Positions 12,298 to 24,999 of a stretch of 64,000 bases of DNA are shown one piece after another. Source of the stretch: Phoronis australis (Eukaryota; Animalia; Phoronida). The position numbers and the translations under genes were made by a program. Location: contig NMRA01000120.1 of the NCBI GenBank assembly GCA_002633005.1, forward strand, positions 745,940-809,939. The letters run 5' to 3'. The notes under the pieces are model-generated. The model did no database searches. It was given only the letters and a program-made list of their open reading frames with translations, and had not been told where the DNA came from. Every line of letters begins with the position of its first letter. Positions within the stretch are counted from its first letter, which is position 1.

Positions 12298-14449
12298 TAA
12301 ATTCATACGCCTGAGCACCTGAGGACAATATATTACTACGCGCACTCCGTGAACATAACAAATCGTGTAGGTTACTGAAACCACATTTCAAGCGGTTAAT
12401 TCTGTCGGTTGTTCGCAAATCTGCATAAGCGATGAAGATAGACATTGGCTTTCACAAAACGATAAACGCTTTATATTCAACGTGTAGTTTGACGTAATAC
12501 CTAATCCGGTTCTCGGTCGTCTTCCCACACTCCAACCAGGGTGTGAAAAGTAGACCACTCTGAGTAAAATCAATTGGTAAATTTCAATTTTTCTGCGGTC
12601 ATGTTATCAAAATAAGGGGTGATTGGCACGTTGTTTTAAAACGAGCTCATGATGAGATTGATGATATTTTCATAAGACATCCAAAATGTACATTTACCTT
12701 AACGATTTCAAATGATGTTCTTGTAACACATTTACGTGAGATACTATTCTAGTAAGAGCTGCCCTTATCACCTAACATCGTTTTAAACTGTGCTGCTAAC
12801 AACATGTTAGCACGCCTGTTTGTCGAGTGTGAAATTTTCACTCGTCATTTGAAGTTGGTTCATCGGATTTAATTTGACAACTCCTAAATGAATAAACACT
12901 TACCAGGCGTTGCCTGGGGAAATCAGACAAAATCGGAATTAATATGAATATCGATTGGCACCATTTAAGTTAAGTTTGGTGTTGACGTTCATTGTGGGAG
13001 TTCAACATGACACACACATTATTCTATATACCCCACCATGACCAGCAAGCCATCTCCACAACTACCAAACCTGTGCCAAGCATGTGTCATCCACTGATGA
13101 AGGTACATGTATGATGGCCTCACTGACGTTCCTGTCCATCTCCATCTGCGTCCACCCACGCCAATCATTTCATATCATCAAGTACGGCAACACCATCCGT
13201 CATTTCATACGACCCTTGTCAATATGCAAGCCAAGGTTTGACCCGTCTGTCGATATTAGTCAAGAATTTTGGTCCAAACTTCCCGCAAAGCCCAACAATC
13301 ACTTCTCCCCATTCCAACACCACGGGCTCACGGTTACTACTGAGATAAATTTCTAGTTTCAATGATGTTACTCTCATCACTATCATTCGTGCCATCCACG
13401 TAAGTGAATCGACAGCGCCCTATCCGGGATCTACGCCGCTGTTCAGGGTGTTGGGTTCGAAGGCTGCTTTACCTGACACGAATGTTTTGGTTAGTAATCT
13501 CATTATCAATCAACATTGATGCCTAACGTTCTCGACGTTTCGTATTGGGAGCGTCCCTTGAGCAAACTACTTAATTTTTTACTGTCCCTGCAGGCGATCA
13601 GCTGTTAAGGCTGTGGTTAGTGCGGAAATGTGCTGGTCACAACGATGATGTCAATAGACCACTCTATTGTCATTCGTCGAGAGGATAACTGTTGTTTCCG
13701 ATGGGAGTACTTAATATGGGGGCACAAAATGTGTAGTAAATAATTAGTGGTTGTGTAGAATAAAACGAAAGAAAGAAATGCTGCACAAAATTACATATAT
13801 TTAACATATCTAAAAGGCAGTTGGCTAATTTTACGCTGTCTTTAAGTGCGCCACTTTTGACCTAGTTTTGTTGGAACATAGTCCGATGTCTTGGACCAAG
13901 ACGTGTGTTTACAGTGTCGGAGAGATCGAACTATCTTTTTTACAATATGGTAGGGCTGTAGGAAGCGGGGAGCCGCCCCTTCCCCAAAAAGGAAAATGCA
14001 AGCGTCAGTGTTAAACCGTGGCAATCGACATAGCGTGGGGCAGGAGACACCAGTGGAGAAAAGAAATACTGCAAAATGCGGAAAAGAGATAAAATGCAAG
14101 AGAACATTTGACAACTCAGTATCAGTGCATATTTTACCTTTGAGGGCCATGGTCAGGACATTGTTTTAGGCTCTCCATTTTTGCAGCACAGGTCGTTAAA
14201 CACACCTGAAAATCTGCATTCTTACAAATAAATCGAAAAATCGAGTAATTTGTAAAGGAGGCTTTTGCAGAGCGTATTAATTCATTGGATTTTTCTATTC
14301 AATAAAACAACTTTGCGAATGTAAAAGTATATTTTTCCAGAGATCCTCTCTGGCAAGTAATATCGAAGACAACTGCCGCTCTTGTTAGTTATAAAATAAT
14401 GTTGTTTTTCCCATACCATCTCAATAATGGTATTTTTTGAAGATACTTA

Positions 14450-14801
14450 CCGGGTTTTCCGTAGATAAGCTCACCCGATGAATCACCCATGAGAGTCTAT
14501 TCCAAAAAATATGCTAAATAATCGCCGATGGCGTTTATTTGGTGTTACAGCTTCTGGTGTCAAGTGTCCAGATAGTGAGCGTTTCATTTGCAAAATTTCC
14601 TGTTAAGAGTCCACTCAGCGTCAACTTTTAGCCGCAAATTTAAGTTTTGCTGAGCATTTTCATTAAATAAAACCGAAGTGTAGGAGAACCATGCATTTAT
14701 TAAAATTATTTTTATGCAAAAAAGTTGATGTTTTCATACCAGCGTTTACACGCCCCTCCTATCCCAATAAACGTCATGGGCTTACCTACGGAAAATCTCG
14801 G
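14450..14801. mobile_element. Tc1/mariner-pogo-type MITE
   Basis: TA|CCGGGTTTTCCGTAGATAAGC ... GCTTACCTACGGAAAATCTCGG|TA: imperfect TIRs and a TA target duplication. Confidence 0.7.
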
Positions 14802-16868
14802 TACTAGGAGTTGTTTGTAAGGAATTTGTACTTGTCGGAAAGACTGTCGGGTTTCCCATTTGTGGTGACCGTGTACATGTTGAACGGAGGTGCTCAATAT
14901 ACTCGCAATTATAAACAGAGGTTTCAGTGGCTTTTTTTAGTTCAAGTTCAATTCGTGAACCGTTGTGGGTACCTCTGGAATGAGCAAAATACACCGACGG
15001 AGAAAAATGGACAAATGACTTTTGAACATGTTAAGCATATGTATTATTGGTCAACACAAATGCGACATCCTAGAATTAACTGGTTACGCTAATTACTAAC
15101 GCACGACACCATCATGAACCCCATTTAGCGCTGAAAAAAATTAAGTGGCTCTCGTACTAATCGACGCAAATGACATCGTCTTTGTGAAGCGAGACGTGAT
15201 GTCCTTTGTCACAAGAAAACTTGCCATACGGTGACGGGTGCGGATTTCAAATCTCAGAATTTCCAAATTACATCTATTAGAGACAACAAAATTGTTTAAT
15301 TGAGTGCAGCGACACAGATCTCGACAGTTTCACTTGCATAGAATATCCTGCGGAGTCGCAGTGTCACGATGGCACCAAGTCAGTAGCGCGGTGCGTCATC
15401 GAAGTCTGTAGCACGGTCCCGGTGGGGGCCACTTACTCAATCTAACATTGAAGGCTTATTCACAAAGACATCGGGGTCTTGTCAGTACAGGGCCCCTGCG
15501 TGCGGTGCAGGACTGGATGGCAATCAATGGAGATTCATAGCACCCACGGCGACATTTTGGTGGAGTGCGTGTACCAGGGAACTAATCTGTCTATAGAATT
15601 ACGTCGGAGTGTAAGGCGGTGTTAAACATCTTACGAACGAATGGCTCGTGCACAGCATGACAAAAAAGAAAAACAAGAAAGGAACGAGTCTTTTCGCATC
15701 TGGGTCAGAACATCCTAATACATTGGGATGGACGGATGTTCTAACTACATGTACGACAACGAAAGCAGCAGCGACAGTGAACTTGAAGACAGTGTAGAGA
15801 CGGGAGAGTGCAATGAAATGTACAGCGAAATGGGAGATTAAGAAACTATAGAAACAACTTTTGGGCGGATTAGCGCCGTATATGTTCGAACCAGATCTAT
15901 CCAATTAAAATGAAATCGAAGTGGAAAACCGGCCAATTCTCACGGAACACGCTACGGACCGTCTTGGAGGCGATGTTTGTTGTTGGTAAGTAAAATCAAT
16001 CAACGAAGTTGTTAATACGATAAAATTCAAAGTAAGACGACGTTATTTCGTGAGGTCGAAAATTGGGGAAATTATGAAGCAAAATTTTCCCGTGAAATTC
16101 CAACTGATTCAGTGTTTTATTTCCACCAGATTCCTTTTTTGGTTTCACCATAATTTCGACGAAGAAAAACATAACTTAACGAGTATACGCTGCATTCGCT
16201 GAAATTGCGTCGGAAGTAACACGTTTTTTACTCGATACAAATATGGCGGCTTCCGGAGAACGGGGAGGTTAGGGGGAGGGGTGCAGGTGATGGCGATAGA
16301 CAGACGGGTTAGTTTGGCGNCCCCCCCCCCCCCAATAATTTTTGTCTTCCTACGGGCCTGTAAGGTGGTCAAGGTCACATTGAGTTAAAAACAATTGTCA
16401 CATTTTTTCAGCTTTATTGGCAATACATTATACACAGAGCAGTCAATATGTTCTACAGTTTGTCTTCAACACAAATGAACTTTCAATGAAATAAGAAAGA
16501 TAAAAAAATGACTTCACCAACAACCATCTTGTGGCGGTCTGTTTGGAGAATGATTTGACAAGCATACTTTTCGCATACCCGTGGAAACTTGCATAGAGCA
16601 TTATTTGGTTTATGATCCATCGTGCACTTTGTCGATAATCTTCGTCGCCATGACCTTATGATGTCGTAGCAGAGATGGTGCGTTTCTTACTCAGGGAAAG
16701 GGATCCCCGTTTTATTTATTCTCATAGATGATTACTCGTGATCGCTAAGCTATCAATTACACTGTATTGGGTCCAGGTGAACATGGGCTGTCGAAGTGTA
16801 TACATTATATATTGCCCATTGTAATTAAATGACCCTTTTCTTGTAGAAATCTACATAAAACAATGCGA

Positions 16869-16998
16869 TCAAGCTGGATTTATTATATCTCCAGGTGGCG
16901 TTATCGGCTTGCACTTGTATTTCACTTCACAGGTAGTGTCGTCGTCGACAACTTTACATCCTTGAGGAGGGGCAATGGCACCCGCCTTCTTTCCGTAC
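16869..16998 (-). CDS. Beta-microseminoprotein-like gene A, exon 3 (to stop)
   Basis: Acceptor ctaag, phase 2: YGKKAGAIAPPQGCKVVDDDTTCEVKYKCKPITPPGDIINPA*. The three exons join in frame to a 110-aa protein. AATAAA on the minus strand at about 16711-16720. Confidence 0.85.
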
Positions 16999-18077
16999 CT
17001 TAGGTTAAGTAAAACATTAAAATGGTGAAACATTGAGGCATGACTTCAAACCCAACATCCAACAAGGTACTTTTATTTTCAAGTAAAGGTGCATGTATGT
17101 TCCATAAATTAAGCATCAAAATCCGCACGATCTACATAAATTTTTCGTCCAGCAGTTGTCCTCAGCCGAGGCAAGTATCTTTTGGTGGTTTGGCAAGCTC
17201 ACGCAAGATCGTATTCATGTCACTCATCAATTAAATTTTGTTTCCATAATAAAGGTCAAGTGCCATACAAACTATAATCACAGACCATAGGCCTAGACAT
17301 CGCAGTATTGCCGGAGACGTCTATGGTATAAACATTCTTGTATGAATTCATATTGATATCTGGTCAGAGTTTTCCCCACATAGTAAGGGTATTTTCAGAC
17401 CAAAAAACCACGGAATTATCTTACACATTGTCGGGCATCACAACCAATTCCAAATCACGGGGGCGGGGGTCGTCACTTACGGCAACCCTATAGGGAGGGC
17501 AAATCAGCACACAATGTACAAACATAATGTTCCCTTAAAAAGTTAGTACTGTTAAAATACCTGTTTGTAATCAGGATTCATGCCACTGCAATATTTCTTC
17601 ACTGAGCTGTTCAAATGCTTTTGGCTGTTATTTTTTCAAAGCCAAAATTCGAGTTGAGTGCCCGTTAATGAACGTCTTTTTCTAAATTACTTCCTCAAAC
17701 CGTAAAGATTCTAGTCTTACCGGACGCCGCAACCCTGAGGCGTCGATCAAGAAACGGGATCGGGGGCCCAACACAATTATGATAATTATGCGTGACCGCC
17801 TGACCTGGCAGATTTGCCTCCAGGGGTAAACTTTCAGTTCTGAGGCCCAGAAAACACCCGGAAATTAAGCTATGATGTAATTAAATATTACTGGTCTCGT
17901 GGGATTCATAAGTTGCAACCGAAAACCTTTACATAGGGATCCTAAAGACAACTGCGTCTCTGCTGTGTTCTTTTTTTCGAAACTTCTTGACGCATCGAGA
18001 CACGCAATTCCTATATGTACGTTACATCAGCATCAAAACGGATAACTGGAAATCGCTACTGTCGTTAAAACACTTAC

Positions 18078-18180
18078 CCGCAACAACCAGCACATGTACA
18101 CTTTTCACATGTGGGTGCACCAAACTTCCATTCCACCCCACATGGCAAGGTTATCCCATGGACTTTGCATTCGCATGGCT
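18078..18180 (-). CDS. Beta-microseminoprotein-like gene A, exon 2
   Basis: Acceptor ttttatag, 103 nt, phase 1-2: (K)PCECKVHGITLPCGVEWKFGAPTCEKCTCAGCC(G), donor GG|GTAAG. Contains the CxxCxC...CC core of the MSMB/PSP94 family. Confidence 0.88.
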
Positions 18181-19199
18181 CTATAAAATAATAAAAGACT
18201 TGTATTCTCGGTAAACAGGACCAGGGTGTTCATGTGTAGGTGGAGCTGCCTTCCAGCACTGTTTGCAGCATGAGTAGGAACATGGTCAGGCCCCGGCTTC
18301 AAGACTAAAATAATACCTGACATGAAAGCTGCATTTTGCTTTGTTAAGCTGGTTAAAACAACAAAATAGAATGAGTCTGTTTACTCCAATAAATTCTGTC
18401 TCATGCTTCTACAGTCACAGGGCTCTATTTATTCAACAAGAATATCAAAACCATCAACTATTGGGGTTGGCCGAAAGACCAGATTCCAAAATGGCGCAAT
18501 GCATGCATAGCCTGGAATTTGACTCATTCAGCAATAATTCAAGCTCGCATGAGAGTGGTAATGTTTTAAACCCCAAAACGCTTCCGTGAAGAATTTAACA
18601 TTGACAGCCAAACAAGGTTAAATAGAGGAGCTTTAAAACTCAAGTTTCACGTGCAGTTCCATAAAATGATCAGTCTTGCGCCTAAACAGGACTAAACAAA
18701 AGTACAGTCTACTCTATCATTGCCTGCAGCCCCCCGCAATTTTATTTATGACAGAAAGTGGTATGATTTCCTTCAAAATATTATTCCTATCTTCAGTCGT
18801 CATTTACAAAATGTTAAAGTCGTGCATTATCGAAGTTCCTGGTATTGAAGTTTCTTAGATGTCCTTCTACGTAAAGTGAACTTAACTTTTGGCTACATGT
18901 TCAACCTGGTTAGAGGCATATCCGTAGGCCTATACTCACCGAATATACTTGGAATTAGTTAATTGTCTGTAAACTACATAGTGAAAAATATGGCGATGAA
19001 AACATGATTATTAATATGAATATTTTTATACATTTGAAGAACGGACAGCTCAAGATTACAACAAGCAATCATTACGTTAAATTTGCAGCGGCAGTGAAAA
19101 TGACAGCTGCTTTATTAAGAGATTTCACGTTCCCATTTTCAGTGTCTGTTTTAGCTAAGAAATTGGCAAAAATACAAATTAAACTATAGCAAGACTTAC

Positions 19200-19299
19200 T
19201 TTGTGGGAAGTTGTAGCAGTAGGAATATGTTTCCGAGACAAATAAAAGTAAAACTCCTAAACAGATAAAAACAAATTGGTGAGACGCAGACAACTTCAT
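19200..19299 (-). CDS. Beta-microseminoprotein-like gene A, exon 1 (signal peptide + first Cys)
   Basis: ATG at 19299, MKLSASHQFVFICLGVLLLFVSETYS|YCYNFPQ, then A|GTAAG donor at 19199 (phase 1). Hydrophobic signal peptide with predicted cleavage before YC. Confidence 0.85.
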
Positions 19300-19372
19300 G
19301 ACGGTTTATGACAACCAAATTTCCTTCAATCCCTTCAGTAAAATTTAAATTTGATTTGCCCAGGGGAGAGTC

Positions 19373-19379
19373 ATTTATA
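19373..19379 (-). promoter_or_regulatory. TATA box of MSMB-like gene A
   Basis: TATAAAT(G) on the minus strand about 75 bp upstream of the ATG. Paralog B has CATAAAT(G) at a similar position. Confidence 0.55.
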
Positions 19380-20568
19380 TTTTCGGATTAGCCTCGCTTT
19401 GGTTTACACGAACACATGCTAATCCTTAATGACGGGAATGCACATAATACATGAGTACAAGCTGTCACCGTCAAAAAGGATTTTCGTCAAATGTCGTAAT
19501 CGTCTGCTCACTTGTGATCAACAGGCGTTATCTCGTGTAACACGTGGTCGACTACATAGGGGACACGTCAAGGAATAAGCAATAACGCCAGTATCTCTTT
19601 AAAGGGGCGTTATCGGCTTTACCACCGAAAAACGTATTTTATCGGTTATTGTTGGATAGGATAGACTTATTTAAATCATTGGCTTTGTCCGGAGCTAAAA
19701 AACAACAAAATTCATTATTATGTTGTAATTACAAATTGACATTCGTAGCCTTGGTTGACAGACGTTCCCTGAAATCGAGGCCGGTGAATTTACCAGTTAA
19801 AACTGCTTAACATATCGAATGGGGTTTAGTTCGACAGTAGATCTTTAATTATGTCCGCTGGGGCTGGAGAATCGATTCCGTGTTGAGACTGATCTAAGAA
19901 ATTCTTTTCGCCCTTTTGAGTAAATCGGAGCATACAAAACGTAGGAGATATCCAAGGAAGTGTACTTAATGAATGTGCATACGAGCTTGGCATTTGAAAT
20001 CCATTTACACACGCAATTATTATAAAATTAAAATTAAAAACATTACATTTTATAAACGTTCAAAACCACCATTTTTGAGTGTGAAGTGAAACTTGAAACG
20101 ACTAATTAGGACACACTGGACGCCTGAAGTATTTGTCAGTCACAAAGTCACTATAAATTGTCCTCAGCCACTGTATATATCGCTGGGCTGAAACTTTAAG
20201 TGGTAATGAATTTGAATGGAACTAAAATTTTTGTTGAATCCAATTTTCAAAAAATTGTGTGACCAAACAATTAAATGAAAACAGAAAAATGTCGCTTGAT
20301 TTTCCCAATGTAACCTTCAAAACAAGGTCAAGGATTTCAATTTCGACTGGCACCTGGTGACGACCCTTGCAGATATGTAACCTAAACATCTGTGCATAAT
20401 ATGAAAAAACTGCACAGCTTCCTTCGTGAGGCATCGCGTCAACATTTTCCACGCAACAACTTAGTTTTCTCGCTGTGACCTCGAATATATTACAACGACT
20501 GCCACGACCGTGAAACGTAGCTTGGAACTTATATCGAGAACAAAGGGTTAGTGGTCGACTTTTGACAC

Positions 20569-21246
20569 CTATGGTGGGCCGTTGAGGGGAAAGTGTCGCC
20601 GTAAAATTACGCTCGTAAATTAAATGGGGAAAAGTTTCGCCGTAAAATTACGCTCGTAATTACGAGCGTAAATTAAATTGCAGGAGTGTCGCCGTACAAT
20701 TACGCTCGTAAATTAAATGGGGAAAAGTTTCGCCGTAAAATTACGCTCGTAATTACGAGCGTAAATTAAATTGCAGGAGTGTCGCCGTACAATTACGCTC
20801 GTAAATTAAATGGGGAAAAGTTTCGCCGTAAAATTACGCTCGTAAATTAAATGGGGGAAATGTCTCCGTAAATTACGCTCGTAAAATACCTTAAGAACGT
20901 TACAAATTTAAACCAATCAGTGATGACCTAACATACACGACTGTTACTGGGCAGCTCGTTCTTACACAATCGCTGACATGGCAGCAGCGATTTGATCCGC
21001 CTTGATTCAGCGCTCGTATCGTAGACATGAAATCCATCAGTAAATAAGTTTTTCCATGATCGCGAGCGATCGTGTATTGTAAAACCAAACGTCATTGGCT
21101 AAGAGTTTAAACTAAATTACGAGCGTAATTTTACGCCGTAAAGAATTAAATTACACTCGTAATTTTACGGCGTAAATAACGGCGTAATATACACAATTAC
21201 GCTCGTATTTTTCCGGCGACACTTTCCCTCCAACGGCCCATCATAG
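20569..21246. mobile_element. Foldback/MITE-like element with 33-bp TIRs and subterminal repeat arrays
   Basis: Left TIR ctatggtgggccgttgaggggaaagtgtcgccg; the right end reverse-complements to ctatgatgggccgttggagggaaagtgtcgccg. About 7 tandem cgccgtaaaattacgctcgtaa units on the left and inverted units on the right. Confidence 0.85.
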
Positions 21247-24200
21247 ACGCCGGCAAAATTACGTTTTCAGTGATTGCTGTTGAGCATGACTCCAATTTTC
21301 GGAACACAATGTCTTGAAAGAGTCCGTCGATTTTTACCCCCGCTTGCATTTCCTGACGACAGCACAATATTATTTTTAAGTTAATTTATATTCAGAAGTC
21401 GTATTATTTTTACATAAGTTCTAAACACTGAACGTATCTTTATCATTAAAAATATAGCCCCTATTTATGGAAAATCAAAGACACACTTTTTGAGCATTTT
21501 ATTAAAGTGTTAATACAGAAATGTAGTCAAATGCCGGTGAAAGTACTTTTTCCCTGTCAATGTACCTGTTTGGCGGAAACTGCATGGCCACCTGACAACT
21601 AGAATGGTGCATTGCTGTGAATTGATTAATAAACTTGTCTCTACTCCTAGTTTCGTTTAGTTTTTTGGGTTGGCAGTCGGTAGTTACTTAGACATTTCGA
21701 CAAGAAGTCAACATTATAGTTAGAGGTACAGTAATTGGTTATGCCTGGAACGCAAAAAACTGGTTAAATTAAATTATTCATAGTATGTCTCTGCCACTGA
21801 AATACAATTCAACCTGCTCGTCCGGTATTTTTACGGTTTGTTAGTAAAGATTTTCTCTTTCTGTTGATATCAAAGCATTTTTCTTTTAGTTTCAAATTAA
21901 AAAAACGATCTGTAAACTGCTGGTCACTCCGTCGATTTCTCATCCACAAGGAAAACCACGTCTCCTTGTATGGTATAGCAAGATATAGGCCTAGCATATT
22001 TCCCTGATATGGAAAAAGGTGACCTTTGAGCTTTCACGTAAACAAACCAATGTCGACTTAAAGCAGCATCTAGCCCCATTTAGAGGCAATTGATGTAAGT
22101 TCTAACTGTTTAAAATTAATTGCAAAGGTATCGTGGCGTTGAAATATATTCTGGAGTACCATTGGAATTATTTTTGAAAAATGCTTCACTGACATATCTC
22201 ATACAGTGGTGTCGAGCTCAGATTCGGAGTGCAATTTCACATGATAATCTGTCTTTAATACCCATGTTGCCAGTCAGGGTTTGTCGAGTGGCTGTGAGCT
22301 CATGGGTGCATTTATCTAAATAGGAGGAAGATTAAAACCTTTGTGGTGATTACAGGCTTTTTCTTTCGCGCGTGTTTCATGAAATTGTTAGTTTTGTGAC
22401 TTTTTCCGGAAACTCTCTTAAAGGGAAAGTGAATAACTCTGTACTAAACGTCAGGGATTATTTAAAAGATAATTTGACGAGTTTTCGCGATTCCATGCCC
22501 CTGAAAGAATTCATAAACACAAAACAGTAACGTACCCTGATGCCAGTCTGCGCCTGCTTCACTGGCTAAAGGTGGAAATCGTTTTAGGTCTTGCGGTCTC
22601 GTGACATTCCTTACAGTCATAGTACTCGTATTTCCGTTACTAAAAAGAACATCGAAGCTAACAGTTTCGAAATTTAGTGAGTTTAGCCAACACTGGAATT
22701 GCGAATGGCACAGGTACGCAATGCAGAGAATTGAGTTCGTAACAGAATGGTATCCTGCCACGGTAAGGAATATTGTGACACCGATTTTATGAGAGCAAAA
22801 TACCTACGTCGATTTTCAGCCCTCTGAACAGGGCGAAATACAGCGTTAATTGACGCTATTAGTCGGTTGTCATTCAAATAAAAACAACATTATGAAACTG
22901 CATCCGTTAAGTGAAAATCCTTACCTGAGGAACTTGTAGAAGACAGATATGTGTGTAATACAATTTTCAAAGAATTACCAGTGAATCAAAGGAATTACTC
23001 AAGCCGACGTTTAAGTACACGTCTATGCGTTGAACATTTTGATTACATGTGTTAAAACGTAAATGCAAGTAATTTATCGTTTTCTTATTTACTATCTATC
23101 TCAAACGAATGGTACATAGGAATAATAAAACACAGTTCTCCTTTCTGGAACCTTTATGGGCTATAGCACGCTACCTATCCTCGCAAACCTTGTTGCTATA
23201 GCTTCAGTATCAAGCCACATGGATAGCCCTTCGAACACTCTGAGTTCACGACACGTGGCAACAAAAATCTTTTCAAGGGCAGTTTGAGAAATAAGCTTGT
23301 GTTTGACAGATTTTTTCAAACGTAGACACAACCTGTTAATTAATGAATTTGTACTTATTGTTACATGCGAGACAACACGTGTTCGCGTGATGCAATTCGA
23401 AGTTACCACAGGTATTAATTTTCTCTACTGTGCGGCACATTGTCCGAGAAACGATAATTGTGAATGAAGTGAGCTTTACCAGTTTTCTAATTAGTAGAAG
23501 CAGTTAAGAGTAGGTACTAAATAGAAAATGCCTCTTCGGTAATGCGCCTACCTTCCACTGTTATCAAGGTCAAAGCCACCAAACTGAGCTAAATCGCTTT
23601 AATTCTACCTTACACTGATTAGAATTGGATTTTGGGTTTGGCAAATTGTTTTACTCTACATCGAAATTGATACTTTGGAATCATGATGGTTTTCGTCATC
23701 CACGCGTCCTCACCAATATGGCGGGAGATGTAAAGGCTTAATCTGTGTACAAGTCCCTTCAATATTTTTAATTAATCTGTCGCATTATCAGGTGCTCGTG
23801 ACAATTGGCTTGATAAATCTTTTTAATGAGATTAATGCGATATATCATCAATCCGTCATTTGGGCCATGAAACCGTAGGCTAACTTCGATCTCGTACGGA
23901 TGAGGTTGCGCCGCCCATGCGTGGAATTTTTTTCACAATCGTTTGTTTCAGTCAGTTCGTGATATTGAATATACAGCTTAAGGGTGGAATGTTTTTGTAG
24001 TAGAAGTGAAATATGATTAGAACTGTTAACACCAAAAACTTTAAATTTCATCAATATTTTTGGAAAAATTTGCTATCTAACGGACACAAACATTGTCAAC
24101 CGGAGAATCACCTGCTTGCGATTCCGCGATTCTGGAAGCGATCGCAGGTACTACCAATACCTAACACTGCTAGTCGTAACGTAAAGTCATTTAGACGTAT

Positions 24201-24999
24201 AGCGAGTACAAAAATTTCGAAAATTTACAATTTTCTTAAAATATATCTGCACGGTCAAGCACCACTGGAGCAATAATACAATACCAAAATCACGTACCTA
24301 GGACGAATACGACTGTATATTTTAGCACCAGGCTAACACAGAATCTGGCACTTTCTTTGTTGTCAATAAAAATTTTCGCTATTCTGTCGGTTTTGAATGC
24401 AAATGCACCTTATTTGTGTCAAAAGAAAGATCTTCATCAGTTCTTGATGGTGTATGATTGCCAAAGAAGCAAAATAAAAATAATTTACTACAATTATCAG
24501 TTCGCGTACTTGACAGGTAAAAATATTCTTAATCTAAAAACCAAGAGTGTTACCGAAATGCAAAATGCAACAGGGTATGACAATGAAACCCTTCATGTAC
24601 TAATTGGCTGATTAAATAATTACGTATTCACAGGGTGTAATATTAAGTACATGCAGTTTGTGTTACCTTAAACAGGAGACACATTTTTACGATTGTTATG
24701 TTACTGACTGTGGAGTCTGGAAAATAACAATATTCATAACAAAGAGACAATGTTATTTTGAACACCTGTTGCGTAATTGTCAAGGTTAATATTCGAGAAT
24801 GAAAAACGCGATACATGGGTTGAAAAGTGGGACTTCTGAATAGAACTGTAGGAGTCAATGCTTCTCCTTAAAACCACGTTTATTCCTGCACAATTATCTT
24901 CACTCTTGGCCGCTCGCTTTTCCACGTCCCTTCCACCTTATTGGATTATGTATTTTCCAACCATTTTACCTTCCTACCACAAATTTTAGACAGCTAAGT

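Noticed and set aside
13440-13620. tRNA gene (GGTTCGA B-box)
   Set aside because: No cloverleaf can be drawn. The downstream gtcccttgagcaa motif points to a decayed SINE, too weak to delimit.
15400-15900. Possible coding relic (MADF/Myb-like or acidic stretch)
   Set aside because: Multiple stops and no motif I can identify with confidence.
20587-20885. Regularly spaced repeats resembling a CRISPR array
   Set aside because: The spacers are not unique, the array is enclosed by TIRs, the context is eukaryotic and there are no cas genes.
24667-24716. Isolated AG...GT exon-like segment on the minus strand (DSTVSNITIVKMCLLFK)
   Set aside because: It has no partner exons or recognisable homology and could arise by chance.
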